A DNA stretch of 63,491 nt, filler included, from Octopus bimaculoides (lineage: Eukaryota): NCBI RefSeq assembly GCF_001194135.2. It is 6 parts of 6 records of this genome, joined end to end, with 100 filler letters (N's around TTAATTAATTAA, not from the genome) between each part and the next. Parts side by side here need not be neighbours in the genome. Positions count along the whole stretch, not along the records: positions 32,532 to 42,313 come from NC_068998.1; positions 42,414 to 61,464 come from NC_068981.1; 4 more parts are not named here. One strand, written 5' to 3'. The translations under genes and the position numbers were made by a program. Shown piece by piece: positions 35,245 through 50,904 of the stretch (the first letter of the stretch is position 1; each line of letters starts with the position of its first letter). Under the pieces are notes generated by a model. It was not told where the DNA came from, did not search any database, and was given only the letters and a program-made list of their open reading frames with translations.

Positions 35245-35862
35245 CACACATCAGCCATTGAAACCAACGACTTGTGTGCTGGAGGATTGTCCTGAACAAA
35301 CAAGGCCCCTTACCTTAATTTTTACGGGCGTTTGCTCTTGATGGCCTTTCGTAACCAGCATAGTACTCTCTATTGATAGTGTGGCCGTTTTGAAGATAAA
35401 CAAAATAAGCAAAGTGGCTGTTGCATCCGAAACAACTCTAGTCATCACTCTCCCTGCAGATGAAACGATGGTGTTGTTCTTTGGTGTATGTGAGGAGACT
35501 TTTTCCCACTGCATGGATTATCTCTTTCTGATTTAAAGTTATGAAACCAAAATTCATCCTGGGTTAGAAAACTTTCGAGGAAACTAGCCGGATCTACCGC
35601 AAACAATGTCAGATTTTCCCTTGATGGGATCAGCTTGGTGCGCTTTTGATCCGGTATCAGAAGACGTGGCACTCACCGAACAGAATTCTTTGCCATGCCA
35701 TATTCATTGTGGAGAATGTTCTCAACTTTCCCGCAGGCTGTGCTAATAGAATTGACTATTTGCTGTTATTATCACGAATATGTAAAATTAATGCGTACAA
35801 AATCTCACAGCTCAGGCATCACTCCTTCATAGTTAGGCCATGAACTTTTCAACACAACCTCG
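35245..35862 (-). mobile_element. Mariner (DD34D-type) element, 5' TIR plus decayed transposase
   Basis: TA|cgaggttgtgttgaaaagttcatggcc TIR at 35862; FLTQDEFWFHNFKSE / QWEKVSSHTPK...SSAGRVMTRVVSDA (TxDExW and SAGKVM motifs). Confidence 0.8.
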
Positions 35863-35914
35863 TACAAACCAGACATGTTAATAAACAGAACCTGATATAT
35901 TTATGTGCACACGA

Positions 35915-36006
<92 letters not shown>

Positions 36007-38890
36007 GTATATGTTTGTGTTATTACATCACAAACCATCGCCATTTCCGACGTAGTAAAATACCACTTAGAAATATTTCTTTGAAGTAACACAAGTCATT
36101 TATCTCAAGTAACTTATCTCTCTTGGTTTATATGGTAAAACGTAATTTAACTCAAGCAGATGTTAAATCTTTCCTCACGAACCTTTTAGATAGAAAGATG
36201 CTTGATGTAAATTGATGTATAGAAGTGCACTAAGCCGAACATATAAGAAATAGATTATGCGTGTATATATTATTTATAAGAATTCTTCATAGAAGAGGGA
36301 GCTAGTTTCTAACAAGGATACAAAAGCTATGATAGTGTGCATATTTATGCTTAACACGATCCCGCATATATGAAGCGGAATATGCTTCAAATAATGTGTG
36401 TTGAGAAACTCTCGATTTAGTGACGTATGGCGACTTTAAGACCTCCGGCGTTTTGACCTCTTTGTGTCGCTTCAGTCAAAGATATCACCGAATCTCTGAA
36501 ACTTAACAAGAATGAACGTTCTTGCTTATAAGTTTCAGCTGGTGTCTGCCAAGTCGATATTAAATTATCATGAGCCTGTGAAACAGCGAGAATCAAAGGA
36601 ACAAAGAAAAATATATACGTTGTTTATATGTTCAGGAAGATCTAGATGCAAATATGCTAATTGCTGTTGTATTATTCTTTTGTATCACTGAATCAAGCGT
36701 CTTATCAACTCATACCATATGAAGGGAGAATGTGGTCTCCGAAGGTGAACTGTAACAGCAATTAACATATTCATCACTAAATCTTCTGGAACGAATATGG
36801 AACATCATCGTAGTGCTTTCTGAAATTTTACTCGTTCCCACAAATTTAATGAATGTAAAGTTACATCGCAGGAATTTGGAAAACAACATTACAATTTAAC
36901 TTATTAAACTAGAGGAGAGGTTTCAATATTTTTACCGTTGCACTTGTATGTTAAGGTCGAGTTAGTCAATCTCTTCATAAACGCCATTGAAATATATTGT
37001 CCTCAGTAGAGGTGTTCTTGTTACTAATGTCAGACAGGATCGTATGGGAAAAATCCTCATAGTGGAATAAAAGGTGTTTTTCATTTGCAGTCAAGAAAAA
37101 CCAGAACCGTTTACTGATCCAAAATTCTTTGGGTCGACATACTTGCAGAGGACAACCTTGAAGTGTCAATCATCTGCGCCTGCATGCCTGGCGCTGATGG
37201 TACTGTTTGTATGTATGTATGTATGTATGCATGCATGCATGAATGCATGTATGTATGTATGTATGTATGTATGTATGTATGTATGTATGTATGTATGTAT
37301 GTATCGATGGCTGGCTGGCTGGATGTATGTATGGATATAGTGAAAATAAAGTACAAACACAAAACAGAAGGCGGGTGAAGATTATAAACACAATTATTAA
37401 TTTGACGTCCAGAGAAATGGAATGAGTTAATTGTCACTTAATTGTTAGGTAGAAACAACTTAATATGTGCATAAAAGAAGGATGAGATAAAATTCGCAGG
37501 GTTCTATACTCTTCCCTCCAAAATAATTTTACTTACATGGTATTGTTCGACCGGAAGCGATAAAAAATATTTTTTACCCAAGAAGCTACAAAATGGGATC
37601 GAATCATAGCCTCATGATTGCGATGCAAACTTTTTTTAACTCTTCGGACATTTTGTGTACCTACATATTATAATTATATGCGTATGTGCGTGCACTTGTG
37701 TGTAGAATGTACGTATGTGTATACATGTGTATTTGTGTTGGTGTATATTTGTATATAAACCAACACTTTTGAATGCAAATATATACATATACTCACGCAC
37801 ATTTATATGTGTATATATATGTCTGTGTGTATATATGTGCATGTATTAAATGATAGAAGAGCATTAATCTTACTTTGTGAAGTGTGTATTTCTTGTATAT
37901 GTATATACATCTATTTGTTTATACGGGCGCTTCATCAGTGTGTCTGCACATATATGATTGTGTGTGCGTGCGTGTGTGTGTGTCCGTGTGTGAGAGAGAG
38001 AGAAAGAAAGAGAGAGAGAGAGAATGAGACGTATGTGCCTCAGAGTAAATAATTCACATGATCATGCTGAACAAGCATTGCTGCGTAACATTGACATTTC
38101 TGTTGGAAAGTAACCGAGATGCTTTCAAATTCAGAGAGAAAAGGGAGGAAACGAAAAGTGCGTGTGTGTGAGATTGAGTGAGTGAGTGAGTGAGTAAAAG
38201 ATAAACAGTAGAAGTTGGTGAGTTGAGTGAGTGAGACAGAGGTAGATATAGAAAAAAGAAAAACACGGGAATACAGAGGAAGGCAAAACGGCCTTGGATT
38301 GGGGTGTTAAACAACAGCAGATAGATAGATAGATAGATAGAGTAACTGATTGATTGTGTGCTTTTATGCGTGTGTGTGCGTGTATGTAGGGGGCACGTTT
38401 CTGTGTGTGTGTTTGTGTGCGTGCGTCTGTAAAAGAGAGGGTTAGAGAGATGCACACTTGTACATGCGATATGCAGAGCGCAAGGCATACTCTACAAAGA
38501 GGAGAGAAAGCAGGCAACTAAAACAGGAGAGAGAAATTAATGAGAGGCATACGGATTGTCAGACAGACACGGAGCGAGAGAAAGAGGAGAAGACAGAGGA
38601 GATAGAGAATGCAGAAAGAAAGATAGAGTAACAGAAAGAGGCGGGTGAGGGTGGTGAAAGAGAAAAGAACGGCATGTATATATGCGTGTGCGTGTGTGGG
38701 ACTATCTGTGTGTGTGTGAGTGTATTTATCTATCTAACTATATATATATATATNNNNNNNNNNNNNNNNNNNNNNNNNNNNNNNNNNNNNNNNNNNNNNN
38801 NNNNNNNNNNNNNNNNNNNNNNNNNNNNNNNNNNNNNNNNNNNNNNNNNNNNNNNNNNNNNNNNNNNNNNNNNNNNNNNNNNNNNNNNNN

Positions 38891-38930
<40 letters not shown>

Positions 38931-40021
38931 GTGTATGTATCTCTATATGTGCATGTATATATGTACCGCTATATATGTTCGTGTGTTTGTAGACAGCTAG
39001 CTATGTTATTTTCAAGAGAATATTAAATAACGTGTGCAATATAGTGCGATGATTCGAAATGTCAACGTTGAAGAAATCAGAGAATATTATAAATACGGGC
39101 ATTTCTTGAAATATCTTTCATGCTAAGACGAAAGCAACTTAAATCTGTAAACATTTCCAGCTGAAACTGCTGTTTCGTCTTGTTCGTTTTCTTTTATATC
39201 ATTGTTCTTTGCTGTGCTTTGCTTTGTTGTTAATAGATATCCTACTCTTTCGTTTAAAGAATAAGGAAACTGTTCTCACCTCCAACATTTCACTAACAGA
39301 ACAGCGATCCTCCATTGACTCAGTCGTTTTCATCAACACGCCCACATATACATACCTACCTACATAGTGTAGTCTCGAACGGTGAAGTTTAATACGAACT
39401 ATTCGATACCATCGTGGATGTTACTGATTGAGAGGAGTTAAGCTGCTTCAAAGGGACAGAAATATCTGAATTACAGCAAAACAATTTCAACGATCTGTTT
39501 GTGCAATAGTTGCGCAGAAATAAAGATTTTAATCGAAAGAACATAAAAGTTAGAAGCAATGGTAGCGTATAATTAACGTAGACTCCTTAAACAGAGTTGG
39601 CCAATTGTCAACAGCTACGTTATTGTGTTGACCGATAGTTTATGCGCGCAATTTCGTAACTGGAATCTGACTAGAAGCCCATCGTGCATACACGCGCCCG
39701 CGCGGTCTCTTTTCTATTATGTGTGTAGCCTCCGTTAACTGTCTGACTATTGTTCCTATTCTACGTGTGGATAGGATTCTTAGATACGCAGCTACTTAGA
39801 GAAGAGGAGACACCAAAGAAGAACAGGTAGACATTGAATAGGTCACAGAATGTGTGCCGAAAGAACTATGACAAATAAAAATATAACTAAAGCCAAAGTG
39901 AAGAACAAATAAATAGTGTGCGTGTTTATTTGCAAAATGACCACCTCAAATAGAACAATATATCAGTTTCAACACACAATTTCACATCAAGAACGTGGTA
40001 AAGGAAATACATAAACATACG

Positions 40022-40098
<77 letters not shown>

Positions 40099-40379
40099 GG
40101 GGATAGAGAGGGAGAGACGTGGAAAACAGGTAATATTGTTACATCATACATCTACATTCACCACGTTTATGTCTCCATTGTATCCATACTCGCGTAACGT
40201 TTATTCCGGTTTAAAAATGCTGTGTTGCTTGATGTCAAACAATTTACCTATTCAAGCTATAGATTTGATCAATGTATTCGACTAAAACCCCTAAAACTGA
40301 TGCCCCAACATGAGTGCAGTCTAATGATTGTAAACAGTGTAAGAATAAAGCGATAAATTGAAGGACTATTTAAATATTT

Positions 40380-40595
40380 GTCTAGAACTTTAAAAATACA
40401 ATTCTTCGCCGGAAACCGTAAATACGCATTTCTTTTGCTGATAATACCTAAATATAATTCTTTAAACAGAAGCAGTGTAAATGAAATCCTTTGTCTGAGA
40501 CTATATAAATATAATTCTTTGGCTGACATTGTATACATGTATAAGCATAATTCTTTGAGCAAATGTCTATATACGTATAAATGTAACTCTTCCGT
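40380..40595. repeat. Degenerate minisatellite (~27-33 bp unit, core TATAATTCTTTG)
   Basis: ataattcttt-like cores recur at ~40395, 40450, 40510, 40547 and 40580. Confidence 0.5.
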
Positions 40596-41254
40596 TAGCA
40601 GCAATCATTCGTATGAAAAACCATAAGCTTTCAATTCTGGGGACTGACTATTGTATTTGTTGCTCCTTTTCGTGCTGCTTTTATTTGCTTTCACTAATTC
40701 TATAGGATGGAGAATATATGACTAGGTTTTCGTTTATGTATGCAATGTGTCTGCAGACTTTATATTGCAGTTTATGGTTGACATTAAATGCTGGATTGAG
40801 AAGAAGCAGAACGAAATGATAGAATCAACAGGAAAACAAACTATTTTGAAGTAGGCACTCTCGTACATACACGTTTATATGTACACACACACATTACAAA
40901 CACACACACACACACACACAGATATATATATTTATATATATATATATATATATATATANNNNNNNNNNNNNNNNNNNNNNNNNNNNNNNNNNNNNNNNNN
41001 NNNNNNNNNNNNNNNNNNNNNNNNNNNNNNNNNNNNNNNNNNNNNNNNNNNNNNNNNNNNNNNNNNNNNNNNNNNNNNNNNNNNNNNNNNNNNNNNNNNN
41101 NNNNNNNNNNNNNNNNNNNNNNNNNNNNNNNNNNNNNNNNNNNNNNNNNNNNNNNNNNNNNNNNNNNNNNNNNNNNNNNNNNNNNNNNNNNNNNNNNNNN
41201 NNNNNNNNNNNNNNNNNNNNNNNNNNNNNNNNNNNNNNNNNNNNNNNNNNNNNN

Positions 41255-41295
<41 letters not shown>

Positions 41296-41789
41296 TATGT
41301 GTGTTTGTGTGTGGTGTGTATGTGTGTATGTACATAAATGTATAGTTTGTTTATGTAAAAATATATACATATATACGTTTGTGTATGTTTGTGAACATGT
41401 ATGAGAGCATGCGTGTGTGTGTGTATATGTGGGTGTGTGTGTGTGTGAGTACATATAATTGTAGCCAAAATTCTGAATGCTTTTAAATAGTCGTTACTTG
41501 TTATTTTTATGTCTTTCTCTTGCTAATCATTATTTTTGTAGTCGTCTTCAAAGGAGACTTTATTATTCTTAATGTTGCTTTAAAATTGGTAATGTTCTTC
41601 ATGTGATTATAGCAATTTGAGATTGAAATACATTGAAGCACATGCATATTAGCACAAACCAACGGCACATGAAACACCATATAAAGCAAAATCATTTTAT
41701 TTAGTTCACAAAACGACAGTTTATACAAGTATTTTGCAAGGTACTCATTGCTTTCATTCCACATCATTTTTTTAAGGAATTATTTTTGG

Positions 41790-42313
41790 CGCAACATGGC
41801 TACGGACTAGGAAGTTTGCTTCCCAACCACATGGTTCTGAGTTCAGTCCCACTGGCCTTGTACTTTGAGCAAGTACCTTCTAATATAACAGAAGGTTGAT
41901 TAAAGTCTTATGAGTGAAATTGGTGGACAGAAACTGAAAGAAACCTGTATATATTGGTGGGTCGGTGGGTGGATGAGTGATCCAGGAGGCGCGTGGTTTA
42001 GTCGTTAGTGTGTAGCACTCATAATCGTAAGATTATAGTTTCGATTCCTGTGCCGAGCAATGTGTTTCTGTACTTGAGTAAAACACTTCATGTCACGTAG
42101 TTCACGTTTGCTCAGTTCTGCCGAACACGAGGAATCCTGCGATGGAGAAAATCTGGGACGCCATGTTATAAACCTATGGCTCTGGAAGGACTGTTTATTC
42201 TTTTGATATATACATATATAGGCACAGGAATAGCTGTGTGGTAAGAAGCTAGCTTCGCAACTACATGGTTCCGGGCTCAGTCCCACTGCGTCACACCTTG
42301 GGCAAATGTCTTC
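41790..42313 (+). mobile_element. Cluster of three SINE heads/fragments
   Basis: gcttcccaaccacatggttctgagttcagtccc; ggaggcgcgtggtttagtcgttag...gtttcgattcc; gctgtgtggtaagaag...ggttccgggctcagtccc. Confidence 0.7.
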
Positions 42314-42413
42314 NNNNNNNNNNNNNNNNNNNNNNNNNNNNNNNNNNNNNNNNNNNNTTAATTAATTAANNNNNNNNNNNNNNNNNNNNNNNNNNNNNNN
42401 NNNNNNNNNNNNN
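42314..42413. other. Assembly join with TTAATTAATTAA linker
   Basis: Linker at 42358-42369. Confidence 0.9.
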
Positions 42414-42478
<65 letters not shown>

Positions 42479-44839
42479 ATATAATGTATGTACACACAGA
42501 GAAGGCAGTGGCTATCTGTATGCGTGCAACAGTTCTATAGACATTTCTCGATTCATTATCATAATTCTTAAGTTGTATTATCAATAAAATATTCATGTTT
42601 CAAATAGATTAATCTGACACTAAGATGAATAATATAAACCCTGCTGCAAGCAAATGTGAAGAAAATAAAATTGTTATCACCAAATTTGTCTTATCTACGT
42701 TTCTAACATAAAAAAAATGATATATCCTATAATACGGCAAAACGAAATATGTATATAATTATACATGTATGCATACATGTATCTTGTATATTTTACGTGT
42801 TTCATTTTTGTTCCTTACTTGTCCTACAAGGTGGTGCCTTGAAAATGTTTTAGTTGAATGAATTTACTCCAGTACCTTTTTCAAACCACGTACCTATTCT
42901 ATCGTGCTCTTGTGCTAAATCGCTAAGCTACAGGGACGTAGGATCTTTTCTGTTTGGTTGCACCTGTAGAAATTTTGAAGTTTAGTGAACATTTTAAAAT
43001 TTGGTGTATAGATGTAATTTTCCAAGCTTTATCTCAGGGGATAGTTCACTTTTTCCAGAAAGAGTAACAGAGTTTTAAAGTTTGATAATTTTCACCTACT
43101 CAGATAAGATGTGGAAGCAGTCATTTCGTGCGTGATGTACGTGTTGTCAACTGTAAACAAATGAAATGCTGGCGGAATTTTGCGTACGCAGCGTGTCAGC
43201 ATTTACGAACCAACAGTGACCATAAAACTTATTTAATAAGAATATTTATATTGAGAAGACTATGTATCATTGCAAAGTTCTCTCTGTGTAATATGTATAC
43301 TTTTTAACGAATAATTAAATCCATGTTATAGTCAAGTAAATCCATTGGAATTTATAATTTTTCGCTATAAGATATAACACATGGCGTTTTATAATCATAA
43401 TCTGATAAGGTATGCAGTCATAAATTATTTTGTATTAGTTAAATTATATTATATAATTTAGATTATATTGTATTGATATTTTATTCAGAGAACATTGAAA
43501 GAGAACGAATAGTATATAAACTGCGTAAAAAAATGAAAACATTTAATCCTTTCGACTGCTTGTGTACGCTTTAGCGGGTGCTATTTCGTTGACTATACTC
43601 ATGGAAAAAGTAAACGTTTCTTAAATCTAATGAGCCGTAAACACAAAACTATGTAGCTTTCCGATTTTGCATTTCCTAAACGAAATTGCGCCCACTAGAG
43701 CTTAGGGGCGTGTTCAAAGGATAAATCAAATTTTCACTATCTGGTGATATGAAAGAGAACTCCATACATCTTTTACTCTGATCTAAACTATCACCGTATT
43801 CCTTAAAGAAATGATTGTTTTTAGGCTTCGAGTCAGATGTATATGACAATTGCTCTTCAGCATTTCAGGTGCTTAGAGATTGCTGGTAGAAAAGGAAGCA
43901 GGTATCCTCAGTGATTTGCCTAATGCTTACACTACCATCAAACTATGCCTAGATGAAGGTTATAGAATTGATGATGGATGAAATTTACCTGACAATCCAC
44001 GATGGTGAACAAGAACAATTTTCCACTTACAAAACTTTATTCACAAGGTGTTGGACGGTCGGAAAGCTATCTTAATGAAAAACAAGTCTTTGTTAGCATT
44101 CAATAGATCGATCATTCAACCATGTGAAATGTGAAGCAAACGCTTTCACCCCACCTTCATACCTGTGTAAAATGAATATCTCCTTCGTTGAAGGGAGTTA
44201 GTATTCAATTGTTAAGCTTTGAATTTTGATCAATCATATGGTATTAATGTTTGTTGAACATACGTTATTAATGTTTGTAGATTAAAGTTGTGAATATTAA
44301 TTGTCAATCCAGCAAAATATATTTCACAATAGCAATTGATATGGTTGAGAAATGAAAGCTTTCATTCTAGCTGTCTTTTGTGCTTTAGTTGAAAACACAC
44401 ATTCATAGGTACGTGTATACATATGTATACATTATGTATATCTCTGTGTCCATGGCTATGTATATGAGTATTTGTGAATGTATGTGCTTGTGAGTAATGA
44501 CTTGCTCACATATCTTCACATTTACAAAAAAAAAAAACACGGTGTAATACTAATTACAGCATTCATTAAAGATATCCCCTGAACCGATTTTAGATTTACC
44601 TAGATAGAAAAATTGAATTAATAAGCAAAAAAGACTGTTTTTGACACTACCAGAGCGCCATCTTTTGAACATAGTTTGTAGGTGTTCCTTGCCACATCAT
44701 GTAATAATAATATCTTGCTTTGGCATGTATTTAAATATTCAATTCTTACAGCTAAAGAGAGAATTTTCATAATTAATCTTAAATTAAATTTAACAAGTCG
44801 TATTTAATTAAACTGTGCAGCGAAGAGAAGTGGGTGTTA

Positions 44840-45380
44840 ATGTTAGACGCTGAGGCAAAACCTAAACGACGATTTCTCTTGGCTTGAATGTTACATCGTT
44901 GAAGATTTCCACATGTATGTAGATATGTATGTATATATGTGTGTGTATGCATATATATANNNNNNNNNNNNNNNNNNNNNNNNNNNNNNNNNNNNNNNNN
45001 NNNNNNNNNNNNNNNNNNNNNNNNNNNNNNNNNNNNNNNNNNNNNNNNNNNNNNNNNNNNNNNNNNNNNNNNNNNNNNNNNNNNNNNNNNNNNNNNNNNN
45101 NNNNNNNNNNNNNNNNNNNNNNNNNNNNNNNNNNNNNNNNNNNNNNNNNNNNNNNNNNNNNNNNNNNNNNNNNNNNNNNNNNNNNNNNNNNNNNNNNNNN
45201 NNNNNNNNNNNNNNNNNNNNNNNNNNNNNNNNNNNNNNNNNNNNNNNNNNNNNNNNNNNNNNNNNNNNNNNNNNNNNNNNNNTATATATATATGCATACA
45301 CACACATATATACATACATATAGATGTAACATTCAATCCAAGAGAAATCGTCGTTTAGGTTTTGCCTCAGCGTCTAACAT
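44840..45380. repeat. Inverted repeat flanking a TA-bordered gap (foldback/MITE-like or assembly artefact)
   Basis: 44840-44897 and 45323-45380 are 58-bp inverted arms with 1 mismatch; similarity continues into the microsatellite. Confidence 0.65.
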
Positions 45381-46923
45381 ATATATATATATATATATAT
45401 GCGTATGTTTGTATGTGCATATATATATATGTATGTATGTAATACATGTAATATATGTATATAATGTATTTATACAGATATTGTTGAACCGTTATTGTAA
45501 GTTCAACAAAACATTTCTCCATTCAGTGAGACATGAATATCATTTAACGTACACAGGCATGAAAACCCAAGGCATGTTATAAAGCCTGCTTAGACCGCAT
45601 CTCCAAAGTAAGGAATTATTAGCTCATATCTTCATATTGTGTACTTTAAGTAAGATATACATACAATATATATAATGTGTGTGTTTGTTTGTGCGCGCGC
45701 ATGCGTGGTTATATATTCATATATATATATATATANNNNNNNNNNNNNNNNNNNNNNNNNNNNNNNNNNNNNNNNNNNNNNNNNNNNNNNNNNNNNNNNN
45801 NNNNNNNNNNNNNNNNNNNNNNNNNNNNNNNNNNNNNNNNNNNNNNNNNNNNNNNNNNNNNNNNNNNNNNNNNNNNNNNNNNNNNNNNNNNNNNNNNNNN
45901 NNNNNNNNNNNNNNNNNNNNNNNNNNNNNNNNNNNNNNNNNNNNNNNNNNNNNNNNNNNNNNNNNNNNNNNNNNNNNNNNNNNNNNNNNNNNNNNNNNNN
46001 NNNNNNNNNNNNNNNNNNNNNNNNNNNNNNNNNNNNNNNNNNNNNNNNNNNNNNNNNNNNNNNNNNNNNNNNNNNNNNNNNNNNNNNNNNNNNNNNNNNN
46101 NNNNNNNNNNNNNNNNNNNNNNNNNNNNNNNNNNNNNNNNNNNNNNNNNNNNNNNNNNNNNNNNNNNNNNNNNNNNNNNNNNNNNNNNNNNNNNNNNNNN
46201 NNNNNNNNNNNNNNNNNNNNNNNNNNNNNNNNNNNNNNNNNNNNNNNNNNNNNNNNNNNNNNNNNNNNNNNNNNNNNNNNNNNNNNNNNNNNNNNNNNNN
46301 NNNNNNNNNNNNNNNNNNNNNNNNNNNNNNNNNNNNNNNNNNNNNNNNNNNNNNNNNNNNNNNNNNNNNNNNNNNNNNNNNNNNATATAGTTATTTACAT
46401 AAATAGATCAAATTTACACAGAATACATACGGTAGGTTTTACGACCCCAACAGCTTTTTCCAGGAGATCAGACATCATCGTAATGTTGGTAGATGTAGTT
46501 CAACAAAAATATGCAGCCAATAATGGAAGCAAATAAACATTGGATAAATCGAGCCTATGTTTCAGATCATGATGCAGAGACGTTTAGAAGTTTAAAAGTG
46601 GAATTCACATATAAACATTTCTGCATCATGGTCTCAAACCTAAGACATTTTTTCATCCTGATGACGGAGGTATCAGGGTAGAATGTAAGTTTATATGCTA
46701 TGATCTAGTATGGTATCTTATATTGTCCCATACTATTTCATATTTTGTACTTCGTTTCGTTGTAAGGGTATTAGTATAGTTTTTTTATTATGTCACAGTC
46801 ATCTTCACCTTTCACCTAGCGGCACTCCATTAACTAAAGAAGCAGTCAAGTACTAAATAAATATACTCGCAAAATTCCCACCAATTAACATTGCTGTATT
46901 TATGCATAAATTACTAAAGAAAA

Positions 46924-46924
<1 letters not shown>

Positions 46925-46954
<30 letters not shown>

Positions 46955-46992
46955 TCGTCATCATCATCATCATCGTCATCATCATCATCATT
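46925..46992. repeat. (CAT)n microsatellite with regular CGT interruptions
   Basis: Directly visible. Confidence 0.9.
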
Positions 46993-47823
46993 AACGACAT
47001 CGTCATTAGCAGCAGTAATAGCAATAGTATTAGCATCATCAACAGCATTATGAAATCAGTAGTTTGCACACAGGCGTACCTGACGGGGTTAGCATTTCAC
47101 TTTGCATCGAAACAGTCTTTGATTCAATCTTATGCAAGTAATTTTTCCATACGTACCGAACCATCCAATCTTTGTGAACGAATCTTCGTAAGCAGAAACG
47201 GTGTATGTGTTGCCATTTGAATGGAATGCACCTGTAATTGAAAGGTCCAGCCCCGTCATATTTGTTTCAACCTAGTAGAATCTGAGAATTATGTTAAGAG
47301 AACTTGTTTTTACCTGAGAATTGCATAACATCTGTAAAACACTCAGCTATTTTGAAGGATAATTTCGAACAATTTGCTTAGATGCACGAATCAGCCCGAC
47401 ACAGAGTCAGCAGAATTATCTCACCTCGTTTGAGCTGAACACGCTATTACTACAAGTTATTCTGAAAAGAATATTCAAAATTTCTATAAAATAGCTACAT
47501 TGAATCAACCTGATCCACACCAACTCCGATGAAAATTACTTAGTGGTGCAATAATATAACAAAGTTGATTTACTTATACTTAGCCAGAAAATTTCAACTA
47601 TGAGAAGGAAATAGCGTCTAGCAGTCATACGAAACTTAGCCTATCTTTAAACATGACAATGAATGAATACTAGGAACATCTGCATAAAGGCTCACTGGTA
47701 AATTAGTAAACAGGACATTCATGACGATCTAGATAGATCTCAACTTGTTAACAAAATATTGCTGAATGACAATAATGTTGTATACAAGTGAGGTGAATAA
47801 CTAAGGAACTCCACTAATCTATG

Positions 47824-47870
<47 letters not shown>

Positions 47871-48934
47871 NNNNNNNNNNNNNNNNNNNNNNNNNNNNNN
47901 NNNNNNNNNNNNNNNNNNNNNNNNNNNNNNNNNNNNNNNNNNNNNNNNNNNNNNNNNNNNNNNNNNNNNNNNNNNNNNNNNNNNNNNNNNNNNNNNNNNN
48001 NNNNNNNNNNNNNNNNNNNNNNNNNNNNNNNNNNNNNNNNNNNNNNNNNNNNNNNNNNNNNNNNNNNNNNNNNNNNNNNNNNNNNNNNNNNNNNNNNNNN
48101 NNNNNNNNNNNNNNNNNNNNNNNNNNNNNNNNNNNNNNNNNNNNNNNNNNNNNNNNNNNNNNNNNNNNNNNNNNNNNNNNNNNNNNNNNNNNNNNNNNNN
48201 NNNNNNNNNNNNNNNNNNNNNNNNNNNNNNNNNNNNNNNNNNNNNNNNNNNNNNNNNNNNNNNNNNNNNNNNNNNNNNNNNNNNNNNNNNNNNNNNNNNN
48301 NNNNNNNNNNNNNNNNNNNNNNNNNNNNNNNNNNNNNNNNNNNNNNNNNNNNNNNNNNNNNNNNNNNNNNNNNNNNNNNNNNNNNNNNNNNNNNNNNNNN
48401 NNNNNNNNNNNNNNNNNNNNNNNNNNNNNNNNNNNNNNNNNNNNNNNNNNNNNNNNNNNNNNNNNNNNNNNNNNNNNNNNNNNNNNNNNNNNNNNNNNNN
48501 NNNNNNNNNNNNNNNNNNNNNNNNNNNNNNNNNNNNNNNNNNNNNNNNNNNNNNNNNATATATATATATATATAATAGATGTAAGGAAAATAATTTTAAG
48601 CCGCATAAATATCTGGAAATAAAACCGCAAAAGTTGGGTTTCAAAACAAATTCAATCCTTATAACAAGCACATTTGGACCGAAGAAAAATACATAAGCAT
48701 AACATTTTAGGATTTAATATGAACATCATTAAGAAAATAGAGCTATTATTCGACAGATACATATTGTGCAGAGAAATTTCCATACAACAAAAAATATATA
48801 TGAAAGCAAATCACTGCATATAGCTAAATCACAAACATCTGCGCTCAGGAAAAGAGCGAATGCCCCCGAATTAAATTACATATATATTGGATTTCTCCAT
48901 ATACAGTAAAATCGTGTTTAAGCAACATGAGCAG

Positions 48935-49190
48935 ATGTGATTATAGTAGGAAAAAATAGATATGTACGATTAGTGTATTTGCTATATCATATGGTAACAG
49001 AGTGAATACTAAACAAATTGAGAAAATTGATAAATATCAAGACCTAGCCAAAGATGTAGAGGAATACAAATGTGACAATTGTTATTATGGTCATTATTGC
49101 TCTTGGCCCAACATATAAGATGTTAGCCAAGAGGTTGAAAAAAATTGGAGCTGAAACACGCAATGTGCTGCAACAAAAATATTTCATCCC
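48935..49190 (+). mobile_element. Old R4-like REL 3' fragment
   Basis: ADVIIVGKNR...AISYGNRVNTKQIEKIDKYQDLAKDV...IIALGP (KxxKYxDL motif). Confidence 0.55.
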
Positions 49191-49378
49191 CTATTTTAAG
49201 TTTAAAGAATAACGACTCTGGAGAAATGAGGTGAATTATTACCGCCATTGCTCATGATAACTTACTTGCTGCGTAAATGAGTAGAAAATAGCTTTATGAT
49301 AATTATAATAATTACTTCAAATTTTAGCATAAGGCCAATAATTCGGCGTGGGGGAAGGAATATCATTAGCAATAAAGA

Positions 49379-50306
<928 letters not shown>

Positions 50307-50844
50307 GTAAAAATAATAACAACCCTGATGCAGTACCAGGCAGTGGCTCCCATGACTTCTCACCTTAACTAATTGCAAATGCTATCATGTACGTTGTTTT
50401 CTCTTGGTACAAAAGATGGGTTACAATTTATATTCTGATCAATAAAACATTTGCCTGTCAGTTGTTTGACCTTAACCAGTTGAGCATGTACCTAAATGGC
50501 TGACAATATGTGCATCTCTGATCACGAGCAGAAGTAGTGGGGGAGAATAACAGCCATGTATTGAGAGGAATTCTTTGAGGTTTGCATAATTCACCTCTGG
50601 TTCCAACAACTTTACACAACCTTTTGAGCGGGATGGGATACTCGACCTGAAGAAAATTCTAACTGAGTCCCACCTGCAAGGTCATGCGCTATTTATCTTG
50701 ATATGAGATCACCATATCGGGCGCATATGATTTTGATGCATGTCTCTGGTGTACCCTTATCAGACGGGTACTTTTGATGGGTGTACTGGTCTTCGTATAT
50801 TTTATCCCAATGTCATTCTGATGGCATGCACTCCTCTCTCATTC

Positions 50845-50901
<57 letters not shown>

Positions 50902-50904
<3 letters not shown>

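Noticed and set aside
37091-37200. Possible plus-strand exon (tttcatttgcag|...QEKPEPFTDPKFFGSTY...|GTACTG)
   Set aside because: The donor is weak, I recognise no homology and there are no partner exons; it needs RNA-seq.
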